Source of the DNA: a virus
Lineage: Duplodnaviria > Caudoviricetes
Direction: 5' to 3' (one strand)
Length of the DNA: 64,000 nucleotides
Virus record (IMG/VR): IMGVR_UViG_3300029305_011823
Within the stretch, counting starts at the first letter, position 1. Every line of letters starts with the position of its first letter. Positions 23,901 through 32,842 of this stretch are shown here, one piece after another. Both the position numbers and the translations under genes were made by a program. The notes below the pieces were generated by a model that saw only the letters and a list, made by a program, of their open reading frames with translations, was not told where the DNA came from and ran no database searches.

Positions 23901-26900
23901 TAAGTGACTGGAATGTTAGTAAAGTATGGACTATGTTTAACGCATTTATGGACTGTTATAAATTAGCTACAATAGACGTAAGTAGTTGGGTTACTACTAA
24001 ATTAGAAAATACACAAGCTATGTTTGCAAAATGTAGTTCTTTAACATCATTAAATTTAAGCAACTGGGATGTTAGTAAAGTAACTAATATGTCAAATATG
24101 TTCAACAATTGTACTGCATTAACAACAGTGGGTGATTTAAGTGGATGGACTACTACTAACTTAGCAAACTTAGACAGAACATTTACAAATTGTAAAGCAT
24201 TAACTTCATTAGATATAAACAACTGGAATACTAGTAAAGTAACTCAGATGCAATATTTATTCAGTAATTGTGAAAGTTTAACTTCATTGAATTTAAATAA
24301 ATGGGATACTAGTAAAGTAACTGATATGACAGCAATGTTCCGTAATTGTTATTTATTGTCATCACTTGATATTAGTAACTTTAATACAATTAATGTTATG
24401 AGCTTGAGCTATATGTTCCATCAATGTAAATCACTAACATCGCTAAATGTAAGTAGTTTTGATACTTCTAATGTCAATAGAATGTATGCTACGTTCTGGG
24501 ACTGTCGATCATTAACTTCATTAGATGTAAGTAATTTTGATAATAGCAAAGTAACTGATATGGGAAGCTTTGTAGGTTCTTGTATAGCATTGAAATCACT
24601 TAACTTAGGTAATGTGGTTATCAATTCTTCTAATATAAACGATAATAGATTATTGCTAAATAACACAGATCTAGAAGAGTTATATGTTAATGATAAAGGA
24701 ACGTTAGATTACATATTACCGTTCTTACCTAATAGAACTGAAAAAGCTGTTGGTAAAATAGTTACTTCAATAAGAAGTCAAATACCACAAGAAACTCTTG
24801 CAGTTTTAACATCTAAAAACTGGGTAATTTATGATGTAGTTGCTCAATACTTATACGATTCTTCTCGTTATGCAAACTTATTACCTGAGTTCAATGCAGA
24901 GTATACTTCAGATAAATACGTTGTTACTGATGTTGACCGTAGTCAATCATTAAAAGTTACTAGATGGGAAGCTGGTATATTAGATGCGAATGGAGCAAAT
25001 ACTACAAGTACTGATTATCCAAATGCTATGAGAAGTGATTTTATAAAAATAAGAGCTGCTAAGTACACATTCAATATAGACTATTGTCAAGTATATTGGT
25101 ATGATGAAAATAAAAACTTAGTTGCTAATAGTGGTGTATATGGAACTAATAGTGGAATACAAAACGGAAAGGTATGTGAAGCACCTATAGGAGCTAGATA
25201 TTTAAGAATATATAGAGCTGTAGGTAAAACTGATTGTAGTATAGATTGTAGTTTAATAGAAAGAACTATTGAAAGTGTAAATGGTGAGTTACCAACTAAG
25301 ATGTCATTTGGTATAGCTGATGGTGATGATCGTTCACGAGCATTAATAGAATTAATACAAGCGAATGTTTCCGAACTTACTACAATGATTGCAATGTTTG
25401 ACACATGTGATCGTATGAGTTTTTGTAATACTGCAAATTGGGATACTAGTAAAGTAACTGACATGGCATGTATATTCTCAGCTTGTAATAATTTAACTTC
25501 ATTAGATGTAAGTAATTGGGATGTTAGTAACGTAACTGATATGAGACTTATGTTCTGTAGATGTTATATTTTATCTTCATTAGATGTAAGTAAATGGGAT
25601 ACTAGAAATGTAACTGATATGTATGCTATGTTCTATAATTGTAATAATTTAACTTCATTAGATGTAAGTAATTTTGATACTAGTAAAGTAACTAATATGA
25701 ATAGTATGTTCTATAATTGTAATAATTTAACTTCATTAGATGTAAGTAATTGGAATACTGAAAGCTTGTCAGGTACTGGAGCACAATATTTATTCTATGG
25801 ATGTAGTAATTTAACTTCATTGGATTTAAGTAATTGGAAAGTTGATAATCTAACATCATTCCATTGTATGTTCCACGGTTGCTCAAAATTATCAACTATA
25901 GGTAACGCGGGTAATTGGAAAACTGGTAAGTCACAATCTTTTGAGCAAATGTTCAATGGATGTGGTATATCATCATTAGATGTGTCTAATTGGACTACTG
26001 ATTACGTATTTAATATGTACGCAATGTTCCATGGATGCTCTAATTTGGCTACAATAAAAGGAATAGGTAAATGGAACGTGTCAAGAACTCATTCGCTACA
26101 TAATATGTTTACAAACTGTAGTTCATTATTATCATTAGATTTAAGTAATTGGAATCCAGCAGCAACTAATTTATTTGGATTTTTATATGGTTGTAATAAA
26201 TTAGTATCGCTTGATATAACTAATTGGGATATGTCAAATGTGAATAATTTTAATAGTTTTACATATAATTGCAGTGCTTTAAAATATGTTAAATGTAATA
26301 CTGTTAATAGTATAAATAAATTAATGGGAAAAGGTTTACCAACAAGACCAGCAAATGACTCAGGTTTAATAATCTGTAATGCAGATACTACAAACCTAGA
26401 TGTCGCAGCGTTAAATGCTAAAAACTGGAGAATTGCTACTGCAACTGATATAGTAACTGTTGCTCAATACAAATTCGATAAGTCTATATGTGAAGACTTT
26501 ATGCCTTATTTTAACGATGGTGCTAATTATCCTGTATTTGTAAGAGATGAAGTGGATGGAAATATTGTTACTAGAACGTTAGAAATAGTAAATGGTATGG
26601 AATTACCTAATGAGGTTACTTTTGGAATTAAAAGTACTAATGCTGATGACCGCACTAATAGGGAACAATCTTTATATGAAGTATTGTATGTAAATACAAA
26701 AAATATAAATAATATGCAATATATGTTCAATTATTGTCAATATTTGACTACAGTTAATACTGATGGATGGGATACTAGTAAAGTAATTAATATGAAATAT
26801 ATGTTTAGAGCTTGTAATCTATTAACTTCATTAGATGTAAGTAATTTTGATACTAAAAATGTAGGTAATATGCAAGGTATGTTTACTGCATGTAAAGTAA

Positions 26901-29900
26901 TAAATACATTAGATGTAAGTAAATGGGATACTAGTAATGTAACTAGAATGGATTCTATGTTCCGTGATTGTACTGATTTAACTACAATAAATCTAAGTAA
27001 TTTTAATACTGGTAAAGTAACTACTATGGATAGTATGTTCTATGGTTGTAGTAATTTATCATTATTAAACGTAAGTAATTTTAATACTGGTAAAGTAACT
27101 AATATGATTAATATGTTCTATAGTTGTAGTAATTTATCATCATTAGATTTAAGTAATTGGGATACTAGTAAAGTAGATAATATGGCTTATATGTTCAAAA
27201 ATTGTAATAAATTAACTTCATTAGATGTAAGTAAATTTAATACTAGTAATGTAATTAATATGTATTGTATGTTCGATTATTGTGAATCATTAACATCATT
27301 AGATGTAAGTAATTGGGATACTAGTAAAGTAATTAATATGAAATATATGTTTAGAGCTTGTAATCTATTAACTTCATTAGATGTAAGTAATTGGAATACT
27401 AGTAATGTAACTAGTATGGCTAATATGTTCTGTAATTGTAATAATTTAACTTCATTAGATGTAAGTGGTTTTGATACTAGTAAAGTGACTAGTTTGCATA
27501 GTATGTTCTGGGGTTGTCATAAATTAACAACAATAGATGTAAGTAATTGGGATACTAGTAATGTAACTAGTTTCTATGCTTTATTCCACCAATGTTATGT
27601 AATGACAACGCTAGATGTAAGTAACTTTGATACTAGTAAAGCAACAGAATTACATTTCTTTGCTTCATATAATGGTGCAACAATAATGAATCTTAATAAT
27701 ATAAAATTCAGAGAAGCTGATTATAGTATATTAGTATCAACAAAAGTTGAAAAAATGTATTTAAATAGTTTAGAAACATTAAATAAAGTATTGGAATATC
27801 TACCAGACAGAACAGGAAAAGAATCAGGTAAACTTGTTACTTCATTAAGAAACAAAATACCAGAAGAAACACTTGCAGCTTTAACTGCTAAAAACTGGGA
27901 AATAGTTGACATAGTTGCTCAGTACAGATTCGACGCTAACAAATATGAAAACTTATTACCTGAGTTCAATGCTGAGTTTACTGCTGATAAGTATAGAGTA
28001 ATAGATGATGTTCATGAGTATGTTGTTGATGATATACAATGGAAAATCGGTTATATAAATATGCAGGGTGAATTACATTCATCTACAGATACTATGATAA
28101 GTAGTTATATACCATGTGAAAATGCAGCAGTATATGTATTCGATACACCTATTAATGTTCATTGGTTTGATGGTGATAAAAAATATATTGGTATAAGTCA
28201 AAATTCAAATAACACATATCCTAGAGCAATACCAAAACCAATTAGTGCTAAATATTTCATAGTAAGTAGATTTATAACAACAGGAGAGGCTTTAAATATT
28301 TCATATAAACTAGTAAATAGAACTATAGAAAGTGTAAATGGAGATTTACCTACATTAATGAGATTTGGATTACACGCAAATTATGCATATACTCAATACA
28401 CAGATAGAGAAACGTCTTTATTGGAAGTTTATGCGTTAAATACAAATGAAATAACAAATATGTCTCAAATGTTTAGACAATGTAGAAATTTAGCACATAT
28501 TAGAACATCTGAAATAGATACTAGTAAAGTAACTGATATGCAATTTATGTTCCAAACATGTATGAAATTAAAATATGTTGATGTAAGTAATTGGGATACT
28601 AGTAAAGTAACTACTATGGATAATTTATTCCAAGATTGTCAATCGATAACTTCATTAGATGTAAGTAATTGGAATACTAGTAATGTAACTATAATGCAAA
28701 GTACGTTTGGTAGTTGTAAAAAATTAACTTCAATAGATGTAAGTGGATGGGATACTAGTAAAGTAACTAATATGCACAATATGTTTGGAATATGTCAATC
28801 ATTAACTTCATTAGATTTAAGTAATTTCGATACTAGTAAAGTAAATGATATGAATAATATGTTCTATAATTGTCAATCATTAACTTCATTAGATGTAAGT
28901 GGATGGGATACTAGTAGTTTAAGAGATATGGGTAATATGTTTAAAGATTGTAAAAAATTAACTTCAATAGATATAACTGGTTTTGATACTAGTAAAGTAA
29001 CTAATATGCATGCTATGTTTGCTTTCTGTGATTCATTAATAAACCTTAATATAAGTAATTTTAAATATGATAGTATAGATACAAGTGATTATATGAATTC
29101 AAGTAGTATGATCTCAAGTAATGGTGATACAAAATTAGTTTCATTAAATTTACCAAAAGCAGATTTACCTGATAGTATAGTTGGAATTATACTTAACAGA
29201 AATGGGCTTAAATATGTTAAATGTGAAAACAAAAATAACATTACTAAGATAATTTCACATCTTCCAGCAAGAACATCAGCAGACCCAGGTAAGATAATAA
29301 CTAAAGTTCCTATGTCACAATTTACTGAACTTGAAATACAAGCATTAGCTGATAAAAACTGGACTATAAGTAATGAAGCTTTACAAGTAGTTGCTAAGTA
29401 TAGATTTGCTAAAGATCTTTACAGAAGTTTAATACCTGCATTTAACTCAGGTTTCACAACTAATTACTTTGTAGATGATGAATATTTGAATACTGAAGAT
29501 TTAACTGATATGTATGGAAAAGATTATAACCAAGGATACACTATAACTGCAGAAAACATAGTTACTAGAACTATAAGTGTTCTTGAAGAGGAAGTATTAC
29601 CAACTAGAATTACATTCGGTACGAGTTGGTTTACTAATAGTACCTTAGTTGATGAAAGACCTAAAGCTATATCTTTACTAGAATCAATAGAAATTAATAC
29701 AAATAATTTATCAAGTATGGCTTATATGTATAGATTATGCTACAATGTTAAAAATATAAGTACTGAAGGCTGGGATACTAGTAAAGTAGTTGATATGAAA
29801 TGTGCATTTGCTAATTGTTATAATTTATTATCGATAGATGTAAGTAATTTCGATACTAGTAATGTATTGAATATGTATAGTATGTTCTATATTAATAGAA

Positions 29901-32734
29901 ACTTAGGTGGTAATCTTGACGTATCTAATTGGGATACTAGAAATGTAACTAATATGGAATTTATGTTCCAAAGTTGTGAGAAATTAACTTCATTAGATGT
30001 AAGTAATTTTGATACTAGTAATGTAACTAGAATGGATTACATGTTCTATAAATGTAATAATTTAACTTCATTAGATGTAAGTAATTTTGATACTAGTAAA
30101 GTGTTTGATATGCAATATATGTTTAATGGTTGTAATAATTTAACTTCATTAGATGTAAGTGGTTTTGATACTAGCAATGTAACTAATATGAATAATATGT
30201 TCTGTAATTGTAAATCATTAACTTCATTAGATGTAAGTAATTTCGATACTAGTAAAGTAACTACTATGAGTGGTATGTTCTTTGGTTGTAAATTATTAAC
30301 TTCATTAGATGTAAGTAATTTCGATACTGGCAATGTAACTAATATGAGTGGTATGTTCTATGATTGTAATCAGTTAACTTCATTGGATGTAAGCAATTGG
30401 AATACTAGTAATGTAACTAATATGTATGCATTATTCCAATTCTGCACACATTTAACTTCATTAGATTTAAGTAATTTTGATACTAGTAAAGTAACTAATA
30501 TTGGTATTATGTTTAACTCTTTACGTTTTATAGAAAATATAGATTTAAGTAATTGGGATACTAGTAATGTAACTAGTATGTGGAAATCATTATGTGGTTG
30601 TGCTGTTAAAAATCTAAATCTTAATAATATTATTATTTCACCATTAACTGATATTGATGGAATATTAGAAAGTGTTGACAGATTAGAAAAAATCTACATC
30701 AATATTCCTGAAACAGTGGATAGAATAGTTTCTCATCTTCCAGATAGAAGCTTAACAACTACTGGACGTATAATAATGCCTAATAAAGACCAAGTATCTG
30801 CAGAAACAGTTGCTTTATTGGCTGGTAAAAACTGGCACCTTGGAAACTTAATTGCTTCTTATAAATACGACAGTAATATTTGTGAGGACTTAATACCAGT
30901 GTTCAATGATGGATTTGGTACAGATAAATACGTTGTTGTGGATACAAATGATAGTCATAAGATAATAACAAGAAATATAGAAGATGTTGATGGTACAATG
31001 CCTACAATGGTTAGATTCGGTACTAATGTAAGTGGTGGTGCTGTAACTGATGCAACTAGTTCTCTACTTGAATTATTAGATATGAATACTCAAGAAATAA
31101 CATTCATGGAGGATATGTTTAGATCTTGTGTAAACTTAAAAGCTGTAAATACTAAACATTGGAACACAAGTAAAGTAACTGTAATCGGAAGTTTATTCTG
31201 TAAATGTGAAGTGTTAACTACAATAGATGTTAGTATGTTCGATACTAGTAATGTAGTTGATATGGAAAGAGTATTCGGATACTGTTACGACTTAGAGACA
31301 ATCATCGGTCTTGAAAAATGGGATACAAGTAAAGTAACTAATATGTATTATTTATTCTATCAATGTAATAAATTACGAAGTGTAGATTTAAGTAATATTG
31401 ATACTAGAAATATAGATAATTTAGCACAAACATTTGCTGCTTGCCATGCATTAACAAAATTAGATTTAAGTAATTTTGATACTAGTAAGGTAATCATTTT
31501 TAATAAAACATTCAATGCTTGTCGTGGATTAATAGAATTAGATTTAAGTAACTGGAATGCTGATAATGTAAATAATAGTGAATACTTCATTAACAATTGT
31601 CCAGAATTAACAACTGTAACAGTAAACACACTTTCAATGATGAACGTAGTTACAAATAGGTTGCCAGATAGAACTGGAAAAGAAGCAGGTACTGTTGTTT
31701 ATTATGGAATAGATGAAGCGGATATAGATACAGAAACATTACAAGCTAAAAACTGGAATTTAAGCTATGAACCAATATTAGCTAAATACATCTTCGATAG
31801 CAATGTATATGAAAACTTCTTACCAAAATTCAATGGTGAGTACTTAAGTGTAAACTATAAAGTTATAGATGATGTAAAAGCTGATGGTAGAGTAGTAAGA
31901 ACATTAAAATATGATAATGATAAGAGACCTACTTGGATACGTCTTGGTGATTATGATTCTACAAATGACGAATTACGTAAACAAGCATTATTGGATGTAT
32001 TGTATGTTAATATTGATAGCCATATATTATCATGCTACTATTCATTTGCAAATTGTAGAGTACTTAAACGTATAAATACTAGAAATTGGAATACTGAAAA
32101 TGTAGAAGATATGTATTGTATGTTCCATGGTTGTAATTCATTAATTTCATTAGATCTAAATAGCTTTGATACTAGAAATGTAACTGATATGGCACATATG
32201 TTCCAAAGCTGTCAAACATTAACTACGATAGATTTAAGTAACTTTGATACTAGTAATGTAATTGATATGAATCATATGTTCCATAATTGCCATAAATTAA
32301 CTTCATTAGATCTAAGTAATTGGGATACTAGTAATGTAACTGATATGAGTAATATGTTTAGATCTATGGTATCAATTACAACTTTAGATATAAGTAATTT
32401 TAATATGGAAAATATTATAAATTGCGATAGTATGATTTTATGGAATAATGCTAATGTTATTAATATGAGTAATTGTAAGACAGAAGATATTAATACAATA
32501 ATAGGACAATTACGAAAACATGATGACGGTATAATTAGAAAACTTTATATTTTAAATAATAAAGAACATGACTTAATAGATAAAGCTACTTTAGATACTA
32601 AGAATTGGAAAGCTGTAATCTATGGTGGTAATATTAAAGCTGTTCATATACCAGAAGGAATATTTAACTCACTTGGATTAGGAAATGTGTTACTTAAACA
32701 TATTCATATAGGTGAAAGATTCCTAGAAGATTAA
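17981..32734 (+). CDS. Giant multi-module LRR protein 3 (~4917 aa), 10 capped LRR modules
   Basis: ATG 17981 is preferred because the GTG at 17969 abuts the RBS. Ten N-caps (AxYxF/YDxxxxxxLxPxFN) are each followed by an LRR array and an LPxR...KNW C-cap. Short distinct C-terminus. Confidence 0.88.
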   Translation: MADIAKYKFNSDTDVLPIFGDINFEYTYTDEIGSDGTITRTIVANSSPNSIKFTEKTGLISVEFIDMTEITSCAEMFKDCINLTYVDFNSVNTSKVTDMRSMFEGCSGFLSIDLSGLNTGNVLDMTNMFRGCSNVFSIDTSMINVSKATSLNSMFQGCANITGISLQGWNLSNVVNMGWMFDGCTNLLSVILKGVNIPNSATITDMFKDCIILNNVNMDNCSVEDINKMMRVLPERTDGRDYKLKTNLADVSGINTEDLEAKGWRLATYEIVLRYKFDKSIYANLIPEFNSNFIDYVVIDEVVEGNIVTRAIGHENLKPTKIYFGSPYTELNSQFPKSNSLLSIEHLDPSNLYDVRGMFRYCRNLTSIDVTNWVTTKITSLWDMFSLCTNLQEIIGLETWDTSNVDSLNATFHGCNNLSYIGDISGWQTGKVHDMAYLFSACYNLTSIDISNWDTSIVTTMYYMFNSCRSLVSLNVQGIDVGNVNNMANMFSQCNKLTTIDVSGWDTKNVTNMSFMFSKSIALIQIIGIENFITSKVTNMQDVFGGCLALRSLNLSNWDVSKVTHFNGTFNDCNSLTELNVSSWVTTSAQYMQAMFFGCHNLLSLDLSNFVTTNVLDMTQMFDRCWVITEIKGLENWNVGKVTSMRYLFSACHKVTELNVSNWNVEKVTNMEYMFYCCERLTLLDLNNWNPTRVQNMSNMFKFSSGLQSISSSNWNTDSLTTINSICYGCNNLTTLDVSNWNTSKVNDMNSAFHQCYNLTTLDVSNWDTSNVTNMNSLFSECNKVNGLDVSNWDVSKVEHLSGIFKDCYKLSSLDVSRWNTSSAIRTHMLFYGCNSLQSLDVSNFNTSKASLMRGMFGSLQSITMLDLSSIDTSSVTNDTFADYMYSMYNLKTLILGEKSLAKHIDTWDETFDYEHQITPFPVLERLVCPDEETIERISKYLPDRSTAVNPGVIVTNATISDEAMNTISGKNWSLRKMVAQYKFDAVTYENLIPEFNAEFTESDYVITDSVSESVIDNIQWIDGYALTADTGALTNDDESHVSDFIVIQPNVAYRVNQPTYVYWYDENKAFINNDYVSEEDYNAGNDNMVSPVNARYVRFTQYSYREGLEVESKVVTRTIESVAGKLPTFMRFGGVTDLVDVFDRPYSLLEICNLNTENINSMHSMFHYCKRLTKVNSINWNTNKVTNMFDMFSECHSLSSLDASKWNTGNVTTMSHMFHKCHSISSIGDVSNWNTGKVTTMYSMFNSCYLLTSLDVSKWNTSNVTDMSNMFRSMVSITTLDISNWDTSKVTNMAYMFANCKSLTSLDVSNFDTSNVTNMNFMFYNCNKLTSLDVSRWVTSNVNDMQGVFHSCKLLTSLDVSNWDTGNVTSMFELFQNCNNLTSLDVSNWDTSNVTDMKYMFRCCYNLTSLDVNNWDTSKVTDMGYMFDGCHSLTSLDVSNWDTGNVEYMGYMFNATDGYSMSLTSLDLSKWDTSKVTSMPNMFEQCDSIERLNLSNWDTSKVYIMQYLFSYCRSLTSLDISNWSLANVNSMPGMFLNTDNLRLIKCDNPATVNIIAQYLMDRTSQEKAGMIVIDDTEGLDTTALTAKNWTVVPTSAQHIVAEYKFNKDLADLMPELNPEFDAYFVYDEYNDTEAIETTGYETMMLFNADSEPDEDGVITAETEVEVVNTVEAGNIVTRKIVSYGDDLPTLMRFGGLGDSAVEYNRAKSLIRIEQLDTTGLTTMHHMFRMCENVVYINNNNWNITNVTTMQGAFLGCYNLTSLDVSNWDTSSATVMGGMFRDCNALTSLDVSNFDTSKVTDMSYMFYDCYSLTSLDVSNFNTSNVTTMNRMFYKCSNLTSLDLSNFDTSKITNMAYMFNACYNLTSLDVSKWQTGSLIYMNSMFNACHNLTSLDLSNWNVSNVTDMQGAFGGCKLLTTLGDISNWNVGKVTNVYDMFGYCKSLVSLDLSNWNTDSLTNMSHFIYGADKLEEIYLSDWNVSKVWTMFNAFMDCYKLATIDVSSWVTTKLENTQAMFAKCSSLTSLNLSNWDVSKVTNMSNMFNNCTALTTVGDLSGWTTTNLANLDRTFTNCKALTSLDINNWNTSKVTQMQYLFSNCESLTSLNLNKWDTSKVTDMTAMFRNCYLLSSLDISNFNTINVMSLSYMFHQCKSLTSLNVSSFDTSNVNRMYATFWDCRSLTSLDVSNFDNSKVTDMGSFVGSCIALKSLNLGNVVINSSNINDNRLLLNNTDLEELYVNDKGTLDYILPFLPNRTEKAVGKIVTSIRSQIPQETLAVLTSKNWVIYDVVAQYLYDSSRYANLLPEFNAEYTSDKYVVTDVDRSQSLKVTRWEAGILDANGANTTSTDYPNAMRSDFIKIRAAKYTFNIDYCQVYWYDENKNLVANSGVYGTNSGIQNGKVCEAPIGARYLRIYRAVGKTDCSIDCSLIERTIESVNGELPTKMSFGIADGDDRSRALIELIQANVSELTTMIAMFDTCDRMSFCNTANWDTSKVTDMACIFSACNNLTSLDVSNWDVSNVTDMRLMFCRCYILSSLDVSKWDTRNVTDMYAMFYNCNNLTSLDVSNFDTSKVTNMNSMFYNCNNLTSLDVSNWNTESLSGTGAQYLFYGCSNLTSLDLSNWKVDNLTSFHCMFHGCSKLSTIGNAGNWKTGKSQSFEQMFNGCGISSLDVSNWTTDYVFNMYAMFHGCSNLATIKGIGKWNVSRTHSLHNMFTNCSSLLSLDLSNWNPAATNLFGFLYGCNKLVSLDITNWDMSNVNNFNSFTYNCSALKYVKCNTVNSINKLMGKGLPTRPANDSGLIICNADTTNLDVAALNAKNWRIATATDIVTVAQYKFDKSICEDFMPYFNDGANYPVFVRDEVDGNIVTRTLEIVNGMELPNEVTFGIKSTNADDRTNREQSLYEVLYVNTKNINNMQYMFNYCQYLTTVNTDGWDTSKVINMKYMFRACNLLTSLDVSNFDTKNVGNMQGMFTACKVINTLDVSKWDTSNVTRMDSMFRDCTDLTTINLSNFNTGKVTTMDSMFYGCSNLSLLNVSNFNTGKVTNMINMFYSCSNLSSLDLSNWDTSKVDNMAYMFKNCNKLTSLDVSKFNTSNVINMYCMFDYCESLTSLDVSNWDTSKVINMKYMFRACNLLTSLDVSNWNTSNVTSMANMFCNCNNLTSLDVSGFDTSKVTSLHSMFWGCHKLTTIDVSNWDTSNVTSFYALFHQCYVMTTLDVSNFDTSKATELHFFASYNGATIMNLNNIKFREADYSILVSTKVEKMYLNSLETLNKVLEYLPDRTGKESGKLVTSLRNKIPEETLAALTAKNWEIVDIVAQYRFDANKYENLLPEFNAEFTADKYRVIDDVHEYVVDDIQWKIGYINMQGELHSSTDTMISSYIPCENAAVYVFDTPINVHWFDGDKKYIGISQNSNNTYPRAIPKPISAKYFIVSRFITTGEALNISYKLVNRTIESVNGDLPTLMRFGLHANYAYTQYTDRETSLLEVYALNTNEITNMSQMFRQCRNLAHIRTSEIDTSKVTDMQFMFQTCMKLKYVDVSNWDTSKVTTMDNLFQDCQSITSLDVSNWNTSNVTIMQSTFGSCKKLTSIDVSGWDTSKVTNMHNMFGICQSLTSLDLSNFDTSKVNDMNNMFYNCQSLTSLDVSGWDTSSLRDMGNMFKDCKKLTSIDITGFDTSKVTNMHAMFAFCDSLINLNISNFKYDSIDTSDYMNSSSMISSNGDTKLVSLNLPKADLPDSIVGIILNRNGLKYVKCENKNNITKIISHLPARTSADPGKIITKVPMSQFTELEIQALADKNWTISNEALQVVAKYRFAKDLYRSLIPAFNSGFTTNYFVDDEYLNTEDLTDMYGKDYNQGYTITAENIVTRTISVLEEEVLPTRITFGTSWFTNSTLVDERPKAISLLESIEINTNNLSSMAYMYRLCYNVKNISTEGWDTSKVVDMKCAFANCYNLLSIDVSNFDTSNVLNMYSMFYINRNLGGNLDVSNWDTRNVTNMEFMFQSCEKLTSLDVSNFDTSNVTRMDYMFYKCNNLTSLDVSNFDTSKVFDMQYMFNGCNNLTSLDVSGFDTSNVTNMNNMFCNCKSLTSLDVSNFDTSKVTTMSGMFFGCKLLTSLDVSNFDTGNVTNMSGMFYDCNQLTSLDVSNWNTSNVTNMYALFQFCTHLTSLDLSNFDTSKVTNIGIMFNSLRFIENIDLSNWDTSNVTSMWKSLCGCAVKNLNLNNIIISPLTDIDGILESVDRLEKIYINIPETVDRIVSHLPDRSLTTTGRIIMPNKDQVSAETVALLAGKNWHLGNLIASYKYDSNICEDLIPVFNDGFGTDKYVVVDTNDSHKIITRNIEDVDGTMPTMVRFGTNVSGGAVTDATSSLLELLDMNTQEITFMEDMFRSCVNLKAVNTKHWNTSKVTVIGSLFCKCEVLTTIDVSMFDTSNVVDMERVFGYCYDLETIIGLEKWDTSKVTNMYYLFYQCNKLRSVDLSNIDTRNIDNLAQTFAACHALTKLDLSNFDTSKVIIFNKTFNACRGLIELDLSNWNADNVNNSEYFINNCPELTTVTVNTLSMMNVVTNRLPDRTGKEAGTVVYYGIDEADIDTETLQAKNWNLSYEPILAKYIFDSNVYENFLPKFNGEYLSVNYKVIDDVKADGRVVRTLKYDNDKRPTWIRLGDYDSTNDELRKQALLDVLYVNIDSHILSCYYSFANCRVLKRINTRNWNTENVEDMYCMFHGCNSLISLDLNSFDTRNVTDMAHMFQSCQTLTTIDLSNFDTSNVIDMNHMFHNCHKLTSLDLSNWDTSNVTDMSNMFRSMVSITTLDISNFNMENIINCDSMILWNNANVINMSNCKTEDINTIIGQLRKHDDGIIRKLYILNNKEHDLIDKATLDTKNWKAVIYGGNIKAVHIPEGIFNSLGLGNVLLKHIHIGERFLED
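21762..21834 (+). repeat. 73-bp LRR unit identical to 32325-32397
   Basis: Both encode the atypical Cys-less unit MSNMFRSMVSITTLDIS. Confidence 0.9.
23258..23436 (+). repeat. 179-bp LRR cassette identical to 7277-7455
   Basis: Base-by-base comparison. Confidence 0.9.
26768..27392 (+). repeat. 79-bp LRR unit duplicated (26768-26846 = 27314-27392), offset 546 = 7 units
   Basis: Base-by-base comparison. Confidence 0.88.
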
Positions 32735-32738
32735 TAAA

Positions 32739-32750
32739 AACAAATACATA
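32739..32750 (+). promoter_or_regulatory. AACA-N6-TA late-type promoter overlapping a hairpin
   Basis: AACA AATACA TA upstream of the collagen-like gene. Confidence 0.6.
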
Positions 32751-32786
32751 AGAGATTACAACGTCTCTTATGTATTTGATTTTTTC
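32741..32786 (+). terminator. Hairpin/probable terminator after LRR gene 3
   Basis: 15-bp stem CAAATACATAAGAGA/TCTCTTATGTATTTG followed by ATTTTTT. Confidence 0.7.
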
Positions 32787-32842
32787 TATATAAGAACGTT
32801 GTAAATTAAAATTCTAACAATGAAGGAGAGTGTAAATAAATC

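Noticed and set aside
2190-32400. CRISPR-like repeat/spacer appearance of the 78-bp periodicity
   Set aside because: The units are in-frame coding repeats with conserved codons inside the 'spacers'. No cas genes.
3-32734. Diversity-generating retroelement as the source of LRR variation
   Set aside because: No reverse transcriptase or non-coding template repeat in the window. Duplicated tracts are exact rather than differing at adenines.
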